A stretch of DNA of 64,000 bases. Origin: Candidatus Poribacteria bacterium (GTDB taxonomy: Bacteria > Poribacteria > WGA-4E > PCPOR2b). The stretch spans positions 736,001 through 800,000 of the forward strand of contig OZ244587.1 of NCBI GenBank assembly GCA_965218095.1, in the 5' to 3' direction. Below, one piece after another: positions 59,625 through 64,000 of this stretch. The position numbers and the translations under genes are program-made. The notes beneath the pieces were generated by a model. The model was not told where the DNA came from. It was given only the letters and a program-made list of their open reading frames with translations, and did not search any database. Position 1 is the stretch's first letter. Every line of letters starts with the position of its first letter.

Positions 59625-61055
59625 CTATAAGAACGTGCTAATTTGGGCTGGATTCAAGAAGTATGATGGTAAAATGCCGATCAGGAATACACCAATCGCA
59701 GCAATCAATAACGCAATGACGAGCGTCCGCGGATAAGCAAGGAAGTCGAGTTCTTCTTCCGGTTCTCTCATGTACATTGTCACCACAACACGGAGATAGT
59801 AGAATGCAGAGATTGCGGTATTAATCGCGCCGATAATCACAAGCCAGATTTGCCCAGATTGGATTGCGGATCGGAAAATGTAGAATTTTCCGACGAAACC
59901 GGCAGTCGGTGGAAATCCGGCGAGGGATAGGAGCATAATCGTCATGAATAAGGCGAGAAAGGGTTTCTTAAAACCGAGCCCGGCGTAACCCGAGATCGTC
60001 AGGCTTTCGCCATCTTCTGTTCTTGCAAGAATGACGGATCCAAATGCCCCAATGTTCATAACACAATAGATAAACAGATAGAGCATTGCACTAGAAACAC
60101 CGTCCTTGTTTGCTGCCGCCAAGCCGACCAGCACATATCCGGCATGGGCAATACTTGAATAAGCAAGCATACGCTTGATATTTTGCTGGGCAATGGCAAC
60201 CAGATTTCCAACAGTCATCGTGAGCGCAGCAAGGATTGTGACGGCAACAATCCATTCGGATTGGAGGTCTTGTAAAGCTACCATAAAGATTCGCAGGAAA
60301 GCAGCAAACCCCGCCGCTTTCGGACCGGCAGAGATGAAAGCGGCGATCGAAGTTGGTGCGCCTTCGTAGACATCAGGTGCCCACTGATGGAACGGCACAA
60401 GCGCAACCTTGAAGCCAAATCCCACGATAAGCAGGAACATACCAGCTAAGAGTAACGGCGACTTTACATCTGCGGTTAAAGCGTCGGCAATTTGAGGAAT
60501 ACTCGTTGTGCCGGCACCGCCATAGATCAACGCAATGCCGTACAGGAAAAATCCGCTCGCGAATGCCCCAAGCAGCAGATACTTCATTCCGGCTTCGCTT
60601 GACACCATGCTTCCCCGAAAGTAACTAGCTAGGACATAAAGCGATAACGACATCAGTTCTAAGCCAAGGAAAACGATAATCAATTCATTGCCCGATGCCA
60701 TTAACATCATACCCAGTGTTGCCAAAAGGATTAGTAGATAATACTCTCCCTGCCGCTTATCGTTGCGTCCCAAATAACTTATTGAAATCAGAACAACCAG
60801 AATCGTTGAGACCAAGAATATGACATTGAAAAAGAGGGAATATTCATCCACCTGAATCATATTGTTGAATTCTGTCCCAACTGCGCCGACCCTCAGCATC
60901 TGAACAGAGATGTATAATGCGGTTGCAGAGCCAGCAATTGTCAACCAAGCAAGAAAGGTCTTTTGAAATGAGTCGAACAGATCAAAGACAAGCACAAACA
61001 GAAATGTGCAAACAATGAGGAGTTCCGGCATCAACAGTTGCCAGTCAATTGTCAT
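59625..61055 (-). CDS. nuoN: NADH-quinone oxidoreductase subunit N
   Basis: LELMSLSLY, EAGMKY, FKVALVPFHQWAPDVYEGAP, KRMLAYSSIAHAGY, SLAGFPPTAGFVGK. Confidence 0.95.
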   Translation of the reverse strand: MTIDWQLLMPELLIVCTFLFVLVFDLFDSFQKTFLAWLTIAGSATALYISVQMLRVGAVGTEFNNMIQVDEYSLFFNVIFLVSTILVVLISISYLGRNDKRQGEYYLLILLATLGMMLMASGNELIIVFLGLELMSLSLYVLASYFRGSMVSSEAGMKYLLLGAFASGFFLYGIALIYGGAGTTSIPQIADALTADVKSPLLLAGMFLLIVGFGFKVALVPFHQWAPDVYEGAPTSIAAFISAGPKAAGFAAFLRIFMVALQDLQSEWIVAVTILAALTMTVGNLVAIAQQNIKRMLAYSSIAHAGYVLVGLAAANKDGVSSAMLYLFIYCVMNIGAFGSVILARTEDGESLTISGYAGLGFKKPFLALFMTIMLLSLAGFPPTAGFVGKFYIFRSAIQSGQIWLVIIGAINTAISAFYYLRVVVTMYMREPEEELDFLAYPRTLVIALLIAAIGVFLIGILPSYFLNPAQISTFL

Positions 61056-61091
61056 TGAATCCCTCCCGTTTTGATGAATCTCCGCCCGCGC

Positions 61092-62627
61092 TTAGCGGAG
61101 AAATACAAATGTCACGACCACAAAGAGCGGCACCAATATCACGACCGACCAGAGCATATATCCGAAGAAACTCGGCATCCGAATTCCACTTGCCTCAGCA
61201 ATTCCTCTCACGAGGAAATTGGGTGCGTTCCCGATGTAGGTGTTCGCGCCCATGAACACCGCACCGACGGAGATGGCGGTTAGGAGTTTGATGAATTCAG
61301 GCTTCACCACCTCGCCGATAAGCACTTGGTGAGCCATCGCTTCGGTCAGATGAAGTTGTCCAAGTGCTGTATTGAAGAAGGTCAGATACGTCGGGGCGTT
61401 ATCAAGGAAACTCGATAGCAAACCCGTTATCCAGAAATAGTGCCACGGCTCTTTCACCGCCAGAATTAATCCGCTTAATTCGCCCTGCTCACCCGCTTTC
61501 AGAATCGCAAGTGCCGGAATAATTGTCATGAAAATTCCAGCGAACAGCTTGGCGACTTCGGCGATCGGTTCCCACCCAAAGTGATTCTCGCGCCGAAGTG
61601 TACCTGCAAAGGGCGCGAACTTCAATGACAGCAAACCCATTGCGACGATAAGCAGGTCGCGCAAGATGTTTTGCCATGCCACATGGACGCCGAGTATATT
61701 AATCTCTCCTAGCTTGAAGGTTCCACTCATCAACACCGCGCCAACAATTCCGGCAAGGAAAATCAGGTTGAACAGCCCACCAACACGAATCGGTTCTTTC
61801 TCTCCATCATCAGGGACCTGTCCACCTTCACGTTTGAATAGAACGGTGTCCAGAATAAAGAACAGGATGAGCAGCAGGATGCAGATGAACAACATGTGTG
61901 GGAGAAGTGCGGTTGTTGTCCAGAAGAACGGCACACCGTGCAGAAAACCCAAAAACAGAGGTGGGTCGCCCAATGGCGTCAAAGAGCCTCCGATGTTGCT
62001 AACCAAAAAGATAAAGAAGATGATCAGGTGTGTCTTATTTTTGCGATAGGCGTTGGCACGAATCAGGGGGCGAATCAGCAGTATTGATGCTCCCGTTGTC
62101 CCAATCCACGAAGCGATTACCGTCCCAATCAGTAGCAAAATGAGGTTGACAACCGGTGTGCCACGGAGCGTGCCGCGCACGACAATCCCACCTGCGACCG
62201 TGAATAATCCCCAAAGTAGAATAATAAATGGGATATAGTCAATCAGATAGATATGCAGAATGTCATAAAACGCCGGTCCGTGAAAAACTGCGAGGTATGG
62301 TATGGCGAAACTCAATGCCCATGCCAATAAGATTTTGCCGTAATTGTGATGCCAGAAATGCGGTGCCACGAGTTGCCAAATCGCGATCGATAGCAGAATG
62401 CCAACAAATGGAATCATACTCCATAGCGGTAGGCTTGCCCCGTCAACACCGTGATGTTCAGCATGTGTATCGTGTGTGCTGCTTTCATGTGTCGCGTTGT
62501 GTTCTTCCGCCGCCGAGAAGGCGCACGGTGACAAGAAGATGAATAATGCCACACTGAGAATCGTAAAGCGGCGGAGTGAAGGCTTACTCGTCAATTTCAC
62601 GCTTTGACTTTCCCTCCGATGTATCAT
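61092..62627 (-). CDS. Putative Na+/H+ antiporter (IT superfamily)
   Basis: [52 protein letters not shown]; start uncertain. Confidence 0.85.
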   Translation of the reverse strand: MIHRRESQSVKLTSKPSLRRFTILSVALFIFLSPCAFSAAEEHNATHESSTHDTHAEHHGVDGASLPLWSMIPFVGILLSIAIWQLVAPHFWHHNYGKILLAWALSFAIPYLAVFHGPAFYDILHIYLIDYIPFIILLWGLFTVAGGIVVRGTLRGTPVVNLILLLIGTVIASWIGTTGASILLIRPLIRANAYRKNKTHLIIFFIFLVSNIGGSLTPLGDPPLFLGFLHGVPFFWTTTALLPHMLFICILLLILFFILDTVLFKREGGQVPDDGEKEPIRVGGLFNLIFLAGIVGAVLMSGTFKLGEINILGVHVAWQNILRDLLIVAMGLLSLKFAPFAGTLRRENHFGWEPIAEVAKLFAGIFMTIIPALAILKAGEQGELSGLILAVKEPWHYFWITGLLSSFLDNAPTYLTFFNTALGQLHLTEAMAHQVLIGEVVKPEFIKLLTAISVGAVFMGANTYIGNAPNFLVRGIAEASGIRMPSFFGYMLWSVVILVPLFVVVTFVFLR

Positions 62628-64000
62628 CGAGTACGATGGCGGGTGTCGGGGCAGGGGCTGCTCCCATTGGCTGACTTTGGTCTAACAGATAACTGACGGA
62701 CGTCTCCATCCGCTTGAGGAATGGGTTGGGATAGACGCCAATCCAAATAATGAGTATAACAATCGGAATCAGCACGACAATCTCGCGCAAATTCAGATCT
62801 TTCAAAACCTGATTTTTGGGATTATCGAGTCTGCCAAACATAACACGCTGGAACATCCAGAGCATATACACCGCTGCGAGGATGACGCCCGATGTAGCGA
62901 TGATAGCATAAACTTTGGAAAAAGCGCCTGAAATAAAACTGCCAAGTAAGACCATGAACTCACCAACGAATCCATTCAAGCCGGGTAAGCCAATCGATGA
63001 AAGCGTCACAATCATAAAAAATACCGCGAAGACCGGCATCTGTTTTGACAGCCCACCGAAGTCGGCGATCATGCGGGTATGCCGGCGTTCATAAATCATC
63101 CCGACAAGCAGGAAAAGCGCGCCGGTACTTAACCCGTGATTAATCATCTGGAGGATGCCCCCCTGCACGCCTTGATGATTTAGGGCGAAGAGCCCAAGCA
63201 CGACAAAGCCCAGATGACTCACGCTCGAATAGGCGACCAGTTTTTTAAGGTCTGGTTGCACCATCGCCACCAATGCGCCGTAGATAATACCGATAACCGA
63301 GAGGGTCGCAATCAGCGGTGTAAATGCCGCAGCCCCTTCAGGAAAAAGCGGGAGACAAAAGCGCACAATACCGTATGTCCCCATTTTGAGCAAAACCCCT
63401 GCAAGGATAACACTGCCAACAGTCGGTGCTTCAACGTGCGCATCAGGAAGCCAAGTGTGGAACGGGAACAGCGGAACTTTGATAGCAAAGGCGATGAAAA
63501 ACGCCAGAAACAGCAGGTTCTGATGCGATAATGCTCTGCCATACAACGTCATCAGGTTGAAACTGTTGTCATTTTGGAAATAGAGGTACAAAATTCCAAC
63601 GAGCATCAACGCGCTGCCCGCCATTGTGTACAACACGAACTTGATCGTCGCGTAAATACGCCGATGGCCACCCCAGATTCCGATCAGTAAATACATCGGG
63701 ATGAGCATCGCTTCCCAAAACACATAAAACAGGAAGAGGTCTAACGCACAAAACACGCCGATCATTGCCGTTTCGAGCATGAGCAGGGAGACCATGAATC
63801 CGCTGGTGCCTTTCTCTATCGAATTCCATGCTGCCAGTACGCAAATCGGCATCAGAAAAGTGGTCAGCAAAACCAGCCAGAGCGAGATGCCATCAATACC
63901 GAGATGGTAGCTTATGCCGAGCCCCGCAATCCAGGTTCGTTGCTCCTTAAACTGCATCTCGTGCGTGGTTGCGTCAAACTCAGTGTAGAGGGAGAGCGAC
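62584..64000 (-). CDS. nuoM: NADH-quinone oxidoreductase subunit M (5' end outside window)
   Basis: [61 protein letters not shown]. Confidence 0.95.
   Translation of the reverse strand, partial: SLSLYTEFDATTHEMQFKEQRTWIAGLGISYHLGIDGISLWLVLLTTFLMPICVLAAWNSIEKGTSGFMVSLLMLETAMIGVFCALDLFLFYVFWEAMLIPMYLLIGIWGGHRRIYATIKFVLYTMAGSALMLVGILYLYFQNDNSFNLMTLYGRALSHQNLLFLAFFIAFAIKVPLFPFHTWLPDAHVEAPTVGSVILAGVLLKMGTYGIVRFCLPLFPEGAAAFTPLIATLSVIGIIYGALVAMVQPDLKKLVAYSSVSHLGFVVLGLFALNHQGVQGGILQMINHGLSTGALFLLVGMIYERRHTRMIADFGGLSKQMPVFAVFFMIVTLSSIGLPGLNGFVGEFMVLLGSFISGAFSKVYAIIATSGVILAAVYMLWMFQRVMFGRLDNPKNQVLKDLNLREIVVLIPIVILIIWIGVYPNPFLKRMETSVSYLLDQSQPMGAAPAPTPAIVLDDTSEGKSKREIDE

Overview
Bacterial chromosomal window, mostly minus-strand. 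YWTD/LDL-receptor repeats, a Kelch protein ending VEAKGKLPALWGEIK, a dockerin-like pair, an FlgD-like C-terminal domain remnant, PhyH, a sulfatase and many PQQ-like propellers suggest a Candidatus Poribacteria-like sponge symbiont (inference). (1) 1-2.5 kb: sulfatase (partial) and prpD. (2) 2.8-32.8 kb: a co-oriented cluster with five intact PQQ-like beta-propeller genes, an EhpF-like adenylating enzyme, an ALDH/LuxC-like protein lacking the canonical Glu, an Fe-ADH, a HemN-like radical SAM enzyme, a flavin-dependent halogenase-like enzyme, chorismate lyase, a PaaK-like ligase, a ThDP enzyme, a creatininase, TAXI-TRAP and a divergent ABC permease. This is the best candidate for an undescribed pathway; an AAA ATPase/DUF4276-like pair is inserted in it. 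(3) 32.8-47 kb: catabolic-looking genes (MDR, SDR, DgoD-like dehydratase, two ~660-aa unknown paralogs, P-loop protein, GNAT, hydrolase) plus folD. (4) 47-64 kb: nuoM, Na+/H+ antiporter and nuoN running into a complete F1Fo operon. The operon is interrupted by a DddK/DddW-like cupin, a dockerin/cytochrome c/copper monooxygenase-like fusion, DUF1992, a broken Met-rich lipoprotein and an AT-rich cysteine-protease-like gene. About a dozen deletion or frameshift remnants absent from, or misread by, the ORF track point to ongoing gene erosion. No rRNA, tRNA, CRISPR or transposase was recognised. All family calls come from motif recognition and recall, not database searches.
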